Source: a bacterium
GTDB lineage: Bacteria; JACRDZ01; JAQUKH01
Reading direction: 5' to 3'
Assembly (NCBI GenBank): GCA_040754625.1
Contig: JBFMCF010000083.1
Coordinates: 5,604-69,603 of the forward strand
Length of the DNA: 64,000 bases
The notes under the pieces are model-generated. The model did not search any database and had not been told where the DNA came from. It worked only from the letters and a program-made list of their open reading frames with translations. The translations under genes were made by a program, and so were the position numbers. How positions within the stretch are numbered: position 1 is the first letter of the stretch; every line of letters starts with the position of its first letter. This document shows positions 35,849 to 44,338 of this stretch, piece after piece.

Positions 35849-35867
35849 TTTAGTGAGGTATAATGTA

Positions 35868-38800
35868 ATGAAAATAAATAGAATTTGTTTAGCAGCCTTA
35901 ATGCTTTTGATGACGCTTGTTTCATCAAAGACAGCGCTTGATGTGAAAACAGGTGACCGCCAGGTGGAAATCAGATGGGCGCCGCCTAAATATAATCTCA
36001 ATAAAGCGACAAAACTGCCTGATCCGACAAGGCCTGTTTATGACCTTTTTTTCTATGATGTTTACCGGAGAAGCATAGATGACCCGTTGGCACCATGGAT
36101 CAAAATTAACAGGCAGATGATACCAAATTATCAACATTACTATGTTGATGTAAATTTGATTAATAAACGCCCCTATTACTATTATGTTGTGGCGTATGAC
36201 TATGCTGGTAACCAGAGTCCTCCTTCAAAAACCGCCGTGGGTGTTCCCGGCCGTGGTATCGCGCCCGGCAGGATTACATCCTTGCGGGCATGGAGCACTG
36301 AAAGCGGTATCGTTGAGTTAGAGTGGGGAGAAGCGACTGATAAAGATAATAATATTGATGTATACCAGATTTACAGGGACCTCACAGAGATTAAGGAAGA
36401 ATATCTGGCCGATATTATGAGAGGGCGTCCCTCGCGGTATCTTCCCGTTGCTTCTATTTCAAAAAATAAAGCAGTTAATGGAATATTTCGTCATTCGGAC
36501 ATAGGTTTACCTAACGGGACCATATATTATTATGGAGTAACCGCGCTGGACCTGGATAAGAATGAAGGAAAGGCGTCTAATACTATAGGAGTAAAAGTTT
36601 TTGGAGTGGATATTGTTCCTCCTTTTGTTGAGAGGATTAATCATGATGCGGTGGATAAGCCTCTTAAAGCAGGTAAAGTATTAATGGTCACAAGTACCGG
36701 GGAGTCCGGCAATAATGTAACGTTTGACCTGGTAAAATGGCCTGAGAACAATGTTGTAAATTTACCAGCGGGGCCTGTTGAAAATAGGCTGATGCGGGTG
36801 GCCTCGCAGCCCGGTATGTATTTTGCGCTGGAAACAGTAACGGTTGATTACCCGAATAATGTTTCCATCCTGCCCCGTGTTTATTATTCTGATCCTGCCG
36901 GGAACAGCGCATATATGCTGTCTGATACATCAATGCCCATTAAAATCGATACAGTTCCGCCTGAAAGAATTAGCGCTCTTAGCGGCATGGTTGAGGAGTA
37001 TACAGTGAAATTGTCATGGCCGGATGTTACTGAAAATATTCCAGGCTTTCGGGTCTACAGGTCATATTCCGCGATCAGTGAAACAGCAGCGGTGCTTGAT
37101 ACAAATAATATCATAAGCGGTAAAAAGCTTATTAGAAAGGACAAAAAAGATTCAAGTGGATTTTTGCATTTCATAGACTATAACCCTGTTCCGACAGAAA
37201 CTTATTTTTACGCGGTCACATCGGTTGATGAAGCAGAAAATGAGAGTGTTTCCAATAATTTGGGCTTTACAATCCCGGATATCACAGGGCCTCCCGCAAT
37301 TTATAGCGTGGCAGAAAATACGGTAAGCGCTCCGAAAAAAGCGGGAAGCGCTATTTCTATTACTATAAAGGGTGAACCGGGGAAGAAATATGAAATTAAA
37401 AATAAGGTTTATGAAACAAAGGCGTATTTTAACATATTAAAAAATGATAGTGTTATAGTGGAAAAAACAGGGATAAACGAGATTTTAATCGGGGACAGGC
37501 GGACAGGGACATACGAGGGGAGCTACATAGTTAAAGACACCGATGAGGTTGAGTCTGCGCAGATAACAGGTTTTCTGGTCGGGCCTTTCGGACATGAAAC
37601 AACGCTGCTTTGCTCTACATATGTGACCCTGGTTGGCGTATCCAGCGATACTACGGCCCCTGTGATACAGGAGATAACAACTGAACCTGTTTACACTAAT
37701 ATGGACGGGATAGTCCCTGTTTTGTCAAATGAACGCAGGCAATACCTGGTTGTAAACAACGAACTAAAAGTCACCTTGATAGGCGAGCCGGGAGGAGTGG
37801 CCTATTTTGATATTGGGACAATGAGACGGAATATACGAATGACGGAAGACCCGAATAATCCCGGTATATACAACGGGAGCTATAGAATCATCCAGGGCGA
37901 CAGGATGAACCCCGTCAGCATAACCGGTTATCTTGTGGACAGAAACGGCAATATGTCAAATAAAATCCAGGTAACAAGTTATAAGATTGATACAATAATA
38001 ATTGTCAATATGGATAGAAGTACAGAGGAAATTTCTACTAATGAAAATGATGCTGATGAAGCAAGGAAATCTGTTATTACTGCCACATTGCGCGACAGGC
38101 ATAATAACGCTTTGAAAAACAGGGAGGTAGAATTTCATCTGGTCGGCGGTTATGGAGATATGAATCCTTTAATAGGGGTTACTGATTCAAAAGGCATGGT
38201 TGTGTCCACATATACAGCCGGCTATGTAGTTGAAACGGGATATATTGCCGCTGAGGACCGTTCTACCGGTTACGCAGGAGTAACATATGTTACTACTAAA
38301 AAAACAGGGACGGTGAATATTCTTCTGGAGGCCCTGACTCCCACCCCCGGGCAGCCGCGGACAAGTAACGGGACGGCATATATTTCTTTAAGGGCGAAGC
38401 CGTTAAGGATAGAAGCCAATGGGAAATCGGTTTCTGTTATCAGCGCGTTTTTAGGTTATATCGGAGATGACCAGATAATCAATGATCCATATAGTGAAGA
38501 TTATGAACCGGACACCAATAAATTGGACCGTGATAAACCTATTGAAAATGTGGAAGTTAAATTCTTAATCCGTGATTATATCGAGGACTATAAAAGGCCG
38601 GAATACTACGGTCTCCCGAAGGCCGAAGAATTGGAATTAAAACGCGGGAAGATTGAAATAACCCAGCCTTTTACGGATAAAAATGGCGAGGCAAAAGCAG
38701 TTTATACCGCAGGGACAAAGACCGGTCTTACCATAATCCAGGCAATTGCCCCGGAGGCGCCGGGAGGTCCTGTGGGAGAGACAATTGGTGTAGTTTTACT

Positions 38801-39881
38801 CGCGGGAGGAGTCAGGTATCTCCTTATTGAGGCAAGGCCTATTGGAACTCCGGCCAATCCGATCAACAGCCCATGGGGAGAAGTGGAAGGAAGCGCCCAG
38901 AACAGCAAAATTAAAGCTGACGGCCAGGAACGGGCGCAGATAAAAGTCATATTGCTTGATAGTTTCGAAAATCCTGTTCCTGAAATAAAAGTATATTTCT
39001 CCTGTGATGTAGGACAGGTTTTGGATGAGGGGAACGGTTTGACTAATAATGAGGGTAAGGCTTATGCCACCTATACGTCTCCGATATTGCAAAATGGCGG
39101 CATTGCCCACGTCAGCGCGAAAGTGACATCTGTAAATCCATTGGAAGAGGGTCTTGTGAGTTTTAATATTGGTAATAAAAGAATGATTGAAGATGTATTA
39201 GATGTTGACGATATAGCGGTTGCGAATAAGAATTATTGGAACGCAATTAGTTTTTTTGAGTCAACATCTGCCGGGTATCCCTATGAGCATTTAATTTACC
39301 CGTTAGCTGCCAGGAAATGGACCATAGAAGAACAGGAACGCGCTTATCCTGATATGATATGGAATGACGATATGTTATATGTTATGGGATATACGTATGA
39401 ACTTCTGGAAGGTTATGATACGGCAGTTATACGTTATAATGAGGTAATAGATTTCTATTTTGGAGGGACATGGGCGGATAATGCCAATTTCAGGAAAGGG
39501 CAGGTTTATGAAGAGCAAGGTAAATTAGAGCAGGATGAAAATAAGCGGAAAGATTATGTTGATAAAGCGTTAAGCGCTTATGAAAACCTGGTTTATAAAT
39601 TTGACACAAGTAATTTAGCGGATAATGCCATGTTCCAGATAGGCAGGATTTATGAACAGAAAGAATTTTATCCAAAGGCAATTGAAAGTTACAGGAAGCT
39701 TATTCGTGAATATCCGAATAGTGATTTAGTAAATTACAGCTGGTATAGTATAGGCCAATGTTATGAACAGCTGGGCCAGAAAGAAGAGGCCATCAACGCT
39801 TATCAAAGAATTTTTGCCCCTTTTAATGATTTAATTTATAAGTTAGCCCAGGAGGCTTTAAAGAGGCTGAGAGGATATTAA
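35868..39881 (+). CDS. Secreted multidomain protein (about 1337 aa) with FN3-like and Ig-like modules and a C-terminal tetratricopeptide-repeat (TPR, YbgF/CpoB-like) region. The track start at 35853 is probably an upstream in-frame ATG; ATG at 35868 gives the signal peptide MKINRICLAALMLLMTLVSS.
   Basis: FN3-like units (VEIRWAPPKY, VELEWGEATDKDNNIDVYQIYRD, VKLSWPDVTENIPGFRVYRSY). C-terminal TPR-like helices (KGQVYEEQGKLE..., AMFQIGRIYEQKEFYPKAIESYRKLIREYPNS, YSIGQCYEQLGQKEEAINAYQRI). Confidence 0.7.
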   Translation: MKINRICLAALMLLMTLVSSKTALDVKTGDRQVEIRWAPPKYNLNKATKLPDPTRPVYDLFFYDVYRRSIDDPLAPWIKINRQMIPNYQHYYVDVNLINKRPYYYYVVAYDYAGNQSPPSKTAVGVPGRGIAPGRITSLRAWSTESGIVELEWGEATDKDNNIDVYQIYRDLTEIKEEYLADIMRGRPSRYLPVASISKNKAVNGIFRHSDIGLPNGTIYYYGVTALDLDKNEGKASNTIGVKVFGVDIVPPFVERINHDAVDKPLKAGKVLMVTSTGESGNNVTFDLVKWPENNVVNLPAGPVENRLMRVASQPGMYFALETVTVDYPNNVSILPRVYYSDPAGNSAYMLSDTSMPIKIDTVPPERISALSGMVEEYTVKLSWPDVTENIPGFRVYRSYSAISETAAVLDTNNIISGKKLIRKDKKDSSGFLHFIDYNPVPTETYFYAVTSVDEAENESVSNNLGFTIPDITGPPAIYSVAENTVSAPKKAGSAISITIKGEPGKKYEIKNKVYETKAYFNILKNDSVIVEKTGINEILIGDRRTGTYEGSYIVKDTDEVESAQITGFLVGPFGHETTLLCSTYVTLVGVSSDTTAPVIQEITTEPVYTNMDGIVPVLSNERRQYLVVNNELKVTLIGEPGGVAYFDIGTMRRNIRMTEDPNNPGIYNGSYRIIQGDRMNPVSITGYLVDRNGNMSNKIQVTSYKIDTIIIVNMDRSTEEISTNENDADEARKSVITATLRDRHNNALKNREVEFHLVGGYGDMNPLIGVTDSKGMVVSTYTAGYVVETGYIAAEDRSTGYAGVTYVTTKKTGTVNILLEALTPTPGQPRTSNGTAYISLRAKPLRIEANGKSVSVISAFLGYIGDDQIINDPYSEDYEPDTNKLDRDKPIENVEVKFLIRDYIEDYKRPEYYGLPKAEELELKRGKIEITQPFTDKNGEAKAVYTAGTKTGLTIIQAIAPEAPGGPVGETIGVVLLAGGVRYLLIEARPIGTPANPINSPWGEVEGSAQNSKIKADGQERAQIKVILLDSFENPVPEIKVYFSCDVGQVLDEGNGLTNNEGKAYATYTSPILQNGGIAHVSAKVTSVNPLEEGLVSFNIGNKRMIEDVLDVDDIAVANKNYWNAISFFESTSAGYPYEHLIYPLAARKWTIEEQERAYPDMIWNDDMLYVMGYTYELLEGYDTAVIRYNEVIDFYFGGTWADNANFRKGQVYEEQGKLEQDENKRKDYVDKALSAYENLVYKFDTSNLADNAMFQIGRIYEQKEFYPKAIESYRKLIREYPNSDLVNYSWYSIGQCYEQLGQKEEAINAYQRIFAPFNDLIYKLAQEALKRLRGY

Positions 39882-39935
39882 AAAAATAAAGGCTTGGTTT
39901 TACTAGCAGGTTGCCTTTTACGATGGTAACCTGAT

Positions 39936-40209
39936 AGTGCTCTGGCAAGTTAATTTTTGATAGATAGAATGCCCCAGATTTGAGACAATTTCGACGAAGG
40001 ACGACGCGATGTATCCGCAGTGATACATCAAGGAGGAGTGAGGAAGAAATTGGCCAAAGATGGGCATTCCCGAAGGGCAGGGCTCTTTTGCCCTGCTTCT
40101 GCGTTGCTCGTCGCTTACCATACCACAGAGGGTATGCTGCGCTCCGAGCGCCTTGAATCAGGACAAAATAGCCTCTGCTATCTATCAAAAATTAACTTGC
40201 CAGAGCACT
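39936..40209. repeat. 274-bp element bounded by 32-bp perfect inverted repeats (39936-39967 and 40178-40209) enclosing a GC-richer, highly self-complementary 210-bp core. Candidate structured sRNA or MITE-like element.
   Basis: agtgctctggcaagttaatttttgatagatag is exactly reverse-complemented at 40178-40209. Internal hairpins at gatgtatc-cgcagt-gatacatc and gggcagggc-tcttt-gccctgc. aatgccc pairs with gggcatt. An 11-bp direct repeat aaaggcttggt flanks it at about 39888 and 40260. Confidence 0.6.
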
Positions 40210-40249
40210 AGTCTTATTTATCCCGCCAGAAAGTTCACAAAAGGCTTAA

Positions 40250-41560
40250 ATGTTGACAAAAAGGCTTGGTGACCGGATTTACCAATTTTTTAAATCCAGA
40301 AAATTAGCAGTAAGTTTATTGTTCTTATTGGCAGTAATTGCAATTTTTGGCACAATATTTAATCGCGGAGAAATTGATTCCGGGGTGGCCCCCCTGGATC
40401 CTTCAATATGGCTGTCTTATTTTGAAACAGGTGAATTTTATCATTCCCCTATATTTATTTCAGCAATAGGTTTATTATTTGTTAATTTAACTGTTTGTAC
40501 TTATGACCGTTTAAAATCAAATTGGAGAAAATTGACAGGGGTATCTTATGCGGTTGAAGACAATTATATACTTAGTTTACCTTTTCATTTTTCATGCTTA
40601 GCTCCCCAAAACCCCCTCTTTTTAAAAGAATTTTTGTCATCTGATGGTTATAAGATTTATAATAATGAAGGAATATTTTACGGAGAAAAGGGGAAAATTC
40701 ATTCATGGGGGACATATATTACACATTTCAGCATTATTTTAGTTATTATAGCCGGGACAATCAGCGCGTTATTCAGTTATGTCGGCACTGTAGGTATATT
40801 TGAACAAAAAGAGACAGATACTTATTACAACTGGACGAAAAAAAAATATCAGGTTCTGCCTTTTACAATCAGGGTCGAAGACCTGAATGTTGATTATTAT
40901 ACACCTGTAATTGAGGCGGAAATAGGGGACAAAAGAATTTCTTTAAAAAAAGGTGATGAAATATTTTACAAAAATGATAAAATTGTCTTTTTCGATTTTT
41001 TGCCGGACAGCATGGTGATGAATAATGAAGTATATTCTATTTCCGAATTTATGCATGACCCGGCAGTCCTTTTTAAAATTTACCGGGACGGGAATTTTAT
41101 TTCAAATTACTGGATTTTTGCTAAAGATACAGGTTACCGGAATAGTATGCCGCTGCCTTATTCCATTAAAGTATTAAATAATCTATATCTCGTTAAAAGC
41201 AGCGAGAGCCTTTTAAATATAATTGAGAACGGGGAAATAAAACTAAGAGAATCCGTCAGCCCTAACAAATCCATAAATTATAAAGGGCTGAATATTTATT
41301 TCTGGGGATTTAACCAGGACGCGTATAGGAATTATTTTACAGGACTTCAACTCAGTTATGAGCCGTGTTTATGGTTTACATGGGCCGCTTTAGGCGGGGT
41401 TTTGTGCGGGTTGTGTCTTACCTTTTTTATTTCCTCTGAGAGAGTTTGGATTAAATATTCTTCCGGCCAAATTTTAATTGGCGGGAAAACCAGCGGAGAC
41501 AAGGAAAAATTCAATGAAAGAATGCAAAATTTGGTTAATAAAATAAAAAGGAATTTATGA
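40250..41560 (+). CDS. ResB/Ccs1-like cytochrome c biogenesis protein (System II heme-handling component). No adjacent CcsA/ResC.
   Basis: N-terminus ...IYQFFKSRKLAVSLLFLLAVIAIFGTIFN matches the conserved ResB N-terminal TM signature. Predicted TMs at residues ~20-40, ~62-82, ~160-182 (containing a His) and ~385-405, with a ~200-aa periplasmic domain between. Confidence 0.55.
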   Translation: MLTKRLGDRIYQFFKSRKLAVSLLFLLAVIAIFGTIFNRGEIDSGVAPLDPSIWLSYFETGEFYHSPIFISAIGLLFVNLTVCTYDRLKSNWRKLTGVSYAVEDNYILSLPFHFSCLAPQNPLFLKEFLSSDGYKIYNNEGIFYGEKGKIHSWGTYITHFSIILVIIAGTISALFSYVGTVGIFEQKETDTYYNWTKKKYQVLPFTIRVEDLNVDYYTPVIEAEIGDKRISLKKGDEIFYKNDKIVFFDFLPDSMVMNNEVYSISEFMHDPAVLFKIYRDGNFISNYWIFAKDTGYRNSMPLPYSIKVLNNLYLVKSSESLLNIIENGEIKLRESVSPNKSINYKGLNIYFWGFNQDAYRNYFTGLQLSYEPCLWFTWAALGGVLCGLCLTFFISSERVWIKYSSGQILIGGKTSGDKEKFNERMQNLVNKIKRNL

Positions 41561-42345
41561 AAAAAATAATATGGATGACAATTTTTTTTATAATAAATGC
41601 CGGATATCACAGCTTTTGTGAAGCAAAAAGCCGGAAGATAGAAAATACTGAAATTCCCGATGGTCTGGGCCGGGTTGAAGCTTCTATCAGGGATTTATCC
41701 GGGAACCCGATGCAGGGGAGCAGGTTATACATTTATTTGAATAACAATGCGGATTTTCGCGGGCCCGCGGACCATATTTCTGATATGACCGATGATAATG
41801 GTGTGGCAGAAATTAATTTAAGACCGGGAAGATATTTTATTATCGCCAGGAAAAGGGCGAAAGAAGAAGATGTGGGGCCCCTGAAAGAAGGCGATTTTTC
41901 CGGCAGGTTTGATAAAAATCCGGTAGAATTAAAATTGAAAGATATTGTAAAAATTGAGATACTGATGGGAAAAATCGAAGGGAAAATGCTGCTGTCCCCG
42001 TTATCACCCAATACCTCCATTTTTATCGAGGGTGTGCTGAAAGATGAAAGAGGCGGCCCTGTCCAGGGCGGTTATGCCATGGTTTACCGTTCTAAAGAAA
42101 TAAACGGCCGGCCTGATTATATGTCGAAACCGTCGGATAATGAGGGAAGATTTAAAGTAAATATTGCTGAAACAGGCAGGTTTTTTATTATTGGAAGAAT
42201 AAAATACGGCGGCCCTCCGAAATTGGAGGAACTTTATGGAAATTATAATGAAGAAGGAATTGAAATAAAAATTGATGATAAAATAAAAGATATAGAGATT
42301 ATTTTGAAACCGTTTGATATAGATTTGGATACTTTAAATAAGTAA
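41557..42345 (+). CDS. Secreted hypothetical protein built from repeated ~100-aa modules carrying an ARKR...GPL-x-x-GD...NPVE motif. Paralogue of the 49864-50976 gene.
   Basis: Signal peptide MKKIIWMTIFFIINAGYHSF. YFIIARKRAKEEDVGPLKEGDFSGRFDKNPVEL and a second degenerate copy. Clear similarity to YFLLARKRWNYASTGPLRIGDY and YYVTARKRANKDKFGGLKKGDL in the 370-aa paralogue. Confidence 0.5.
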   Translation: MKKIIWMTIFFIINAGYHSFCEAKSRKIENTEIPDGLGRVEASIRDLSGNPMQGSRLYIYLNNNADFRGPADHISDMTDDNGVAEINLRPGRYFIIARKRAKEEDVGPLKEGDFSGRFDKNPVELKLKDIVKIEILMGKIEGKMLLSPLSPNTSIFIEGVLKDERGGPVQGGYAMVYRSKEINGRPDYMSKPSDNEGRFKVNIAETGRFFIIGRIKYGGPPKLEELYGNYNEEGIEIKIDDKIKDIEIILKPFDIDLDTLNK

Positions 42346-42351
42346 AAAAAC

Positions 42352-43347
42352 ATGTTAAAAGACAGTTTTGGCAGGGAAATTAATTATTTACGTATATCTC
42401 TTACTGACCGGTGTAATCTGCGCTGTATATATTGCCTTCCCAAAGAAGGGGTAAAATTAATATCTTCTTCTGAAATTATGAGTTATGAAGAGATATTGCG
42501 TTTTGTCAGAATCCTTGCGGGATTGGGTGTAAACAAGGTAAGACTTACAGGGGGGGAACCGCTTCTTCGCCTGGGTATTGTGGATTTTATTAAAGAGATA
42601 AAAACCATCCCGGGGCTGAAAGATTTAAGCCTGACTACAAACGGCGTGATTTTCCAGGAAAAAGTCGATGGGCTTTTTAAAGCGGGGTTGACGAGAGTTA
42701 ATATAAGTGTCAATACATTAAAAAAAGAAAAATATGAAAGCATTACCGGCAGTAAAAATAATCATTTTATTAAAATTATTAAAGGCATAAATGAAGCGCT
42801 GGATTTGGGAATAAACCCTGTTAAGATAAATGTCGTGGCGTTAAAGGGAATAAATGATGATGAAATCCCGGATTTTGCAAAATTAACAAAAGACAAAAAT
42901 CTACATGTCCGGTTTATTGAATTCATGCCCATTAAGGAAAGGGAGATCGACTGGCATGGCAGTTTTATCCCGGTGGAAACAATTAAGTTAATTATCGAAA
43001 ATAAATATGGTAAACTTATACCGGTCAATAAAACCGATAAAAGCCCGGCTGATTATTTCAGGTTAAAAGATTCAAAAGGGACAATAGGGTTTATAAGCCC
43101 GATTTCTTTATGTTTTTGTGAAAAATGCAACCGTTTAAGGTTGACCGCGGATGGAAAATTGCGTTTATGCCTTTTCTCAGATACTGAGGTTGATATAAAA
43201 AATATGATAAGATCCGGTGCAGATGAAAAAGATTTGGCTGATATGGTGCAGAAAGCCCTTTTAACCAAACCTAAACAACATAATTTGAATGTTAATAACG
43301 ATTTTTTTACAGAATGCCGGAGGACGATGGCTGAGATTGGAGGGTAA
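42352..43347 (+). CDS. moaA: GTP 3',8-cyclase MoaA (molybdenum cofactor biosynthesis, radical SAM).
   Basis: LRISLTDRCNLRCIYCLP N-terminal cluster motif. TGGEPLLR. C-terminal CEKCNRLRLTADGKLRLCLF second [4Fe-4S] motif. Confidence 0.9.
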   Translation: MLKDSFGREINYLRISLTDRCNLRCIYCLPKEGVKLISSSEIMSYEEILRFVRILAGLGVNKVRLTGGEPLLRLGIVDFIKEIKTIPGLKDLSLTTNGVIFQEKVDGLFKAGLTRVNISVNTLKKEKYESITGSKNNHFIKIIKGINEALDLGINPVKINVVALKGINDDEIPDFAKLTKDKNLHVRFIEFMPIKEREIDWHGSFIPVETIKLIIENKYGKLIPVNKTDKSPADYFRLKDSKGTIGFISPISLCFCEKCNRLRLTADGKLRLCLFSDTEVDIKNMIRSGADEKDLADMVQKALLTKPKQHNLNVNNDFFTECRRTMAEIGG

Positions 43348-43353
43348 AATAAA

Positions 43354-43896
43354 ATGCAGAAGTCAGAAGTCAGAAGTCAGAAGTTACGAGCAACGGGCAA
43401 CGAGCAACGAACAACGAGAACATTATCTCATCTGGATGGAAGAGGTAAAGTCAAAATGGTTGATGTCGGGCATAAAGATGTGACCGAGAGAGAGGCAATT
43501 GCTTCGGGTGTTGTCCGAGTAAGTCCTGAAATAATAAAGTTAATAGATAGAAATAAAATTGCAAAAGGGAACGTCCTGGAAACAGCAAAAATCGCGGGAA
43601 TAATGGCCGCGAAAAAAACACAGGAGCTGATCCCGCTGTGCCATCAGATTAATCTGACGCATGTCGGCCTGGAATTGGAAATGGATAAGGCAAATAACAA
43701 AATTAAAATACAATCTTTTATAAAAACAAAAGACAGGACCGGTGTGGAAATGGAGGCCCTGACAGCGGTAGCTGTCGCGGGACTTACGGTTTATGATATG
43801 TGCAAGGCAGTTGACAAAAGTATGGAAATCGGAGAAATCAGTTTAGTTTTTAAAAAGGGAGGAAAAAGTGGAAGTTATGCCCGAAAAGAAGCCTGA
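43354..43896 (+). CDS. moaC: Cyclic pyranopterin monophosphate synthase MoaC, with an unusual N-terminal extension encoded by short tandem DNA repeats.
   Basis: [25 protein letters not shown]...[28 protein letters not shown] matches MoaC. Only one in-frame start (ATG 43354) precedes the conserved core. Confidence 0.85.
   Translation: [180 protein letters not shown]
43357..43420 (+). repeat. Simple sequence repeats, (CAGAAGT)x4 followed by four copies of a CAACGAG-like unit, inside the 5' end of moaC.
   Basis: cagaagtcagaagtcagaagtcagaagt tacgagcaacgggcaacgagcaacgaacaacgagaac. Confidence 0.8.
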
Positions 43897-44338
43897 TATA
43901 ATTACCGGCGAGGTGGTTTCAGTAAATATAAGCTCGGAAAAAGGCGTAAGTAAAAAAAGGGTCGCAAAAATTTTACTGAAAGAAAATTTTGGCGTTGAAA
44001 ATGATGCTCACGCAAAGACGCCGAACAGGGAAGTAAGCCTTTTAGCCGTTGAATCAATTTTTAAAACGAGAAAGAAAAAACTCGCTGTTAATCCCGGCGA
44101 TTTTGCGGAGAATATAACCACCAGAGGCATAGATTTAATGCATCTGCCCCCTGGAACAAAACTCCAGATTGGGAAGGCTTTGCTTGAGATAACGCAGATT
44201 GGAAAGACATGCCATTCCCGGTGCCAGGTTTTTTATAAGGTTGGAGATTGTGTGATGCCAAAAGAAGGCATTTTTGCGAAAGTTTTGCATGGCGGGGAAA
44301 TAAAAGTAGGAGACATGATTATATGCACAACAAATTAG
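43868..44338 (+). CDS. MOSC (MoCo sulfurase C-terminal) domain protein, YiiM-like.
   Basis: GENITTRGIDLMHLPPGTKLQIGKALLEITQIGKTCHSRCQVF contains the conserved MOSC cysteine context. Follows moaA-moaC. Confidence 0.7.
   Translation: MEVMPEKKPDIITGEVVSVNISSEKGVSKKRVAKILLKENFGVENDAHAKTPNREVSLLAVESIFKTRKKKLAVNPGDFAENITTRGIDLMHLPPGTKLQIGKALLEITQIGKTCHSRCQVFYKVGDCVMPKEGIFAKVLHGGEIKVGDMIICTTN

Noticed and set aside
35853-35867. Upstream ATG (MRYNV...) as the start of the FN3/TPR protein.
   Set aside because: An extended -10 and Shine-Dalgarno sequence sit within or next to it. ATG at 35868 yields a canonical signal peptide directly.
39823-40272. Four overlapping 60-120 aa ORFs across the inverted-repeat element.
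   Set aside because: The region is dominated by a 32-bp perfect inverted repeat and internal hairpins. ORFs on both strands are mutually overlapping and lack ribosome-binding sites. It is better explained as a non-coding structured element.
43357-43420. Possibility that the short tandem repeats are a CRISPR array.
   Set aside because: Units are 7 bp, contiguous and have no spacers, so this is a simple sequence repeat and not CRISPR.
44248-44322. Upstream in-frame extension of the AAA-like gene (track start at 44248).
   Set aside because: It would overlap the MOSC gene by 90 nt. An internal ATG at 44323 gives a 16-nt overlap instead and fits the conserved N-terminus.
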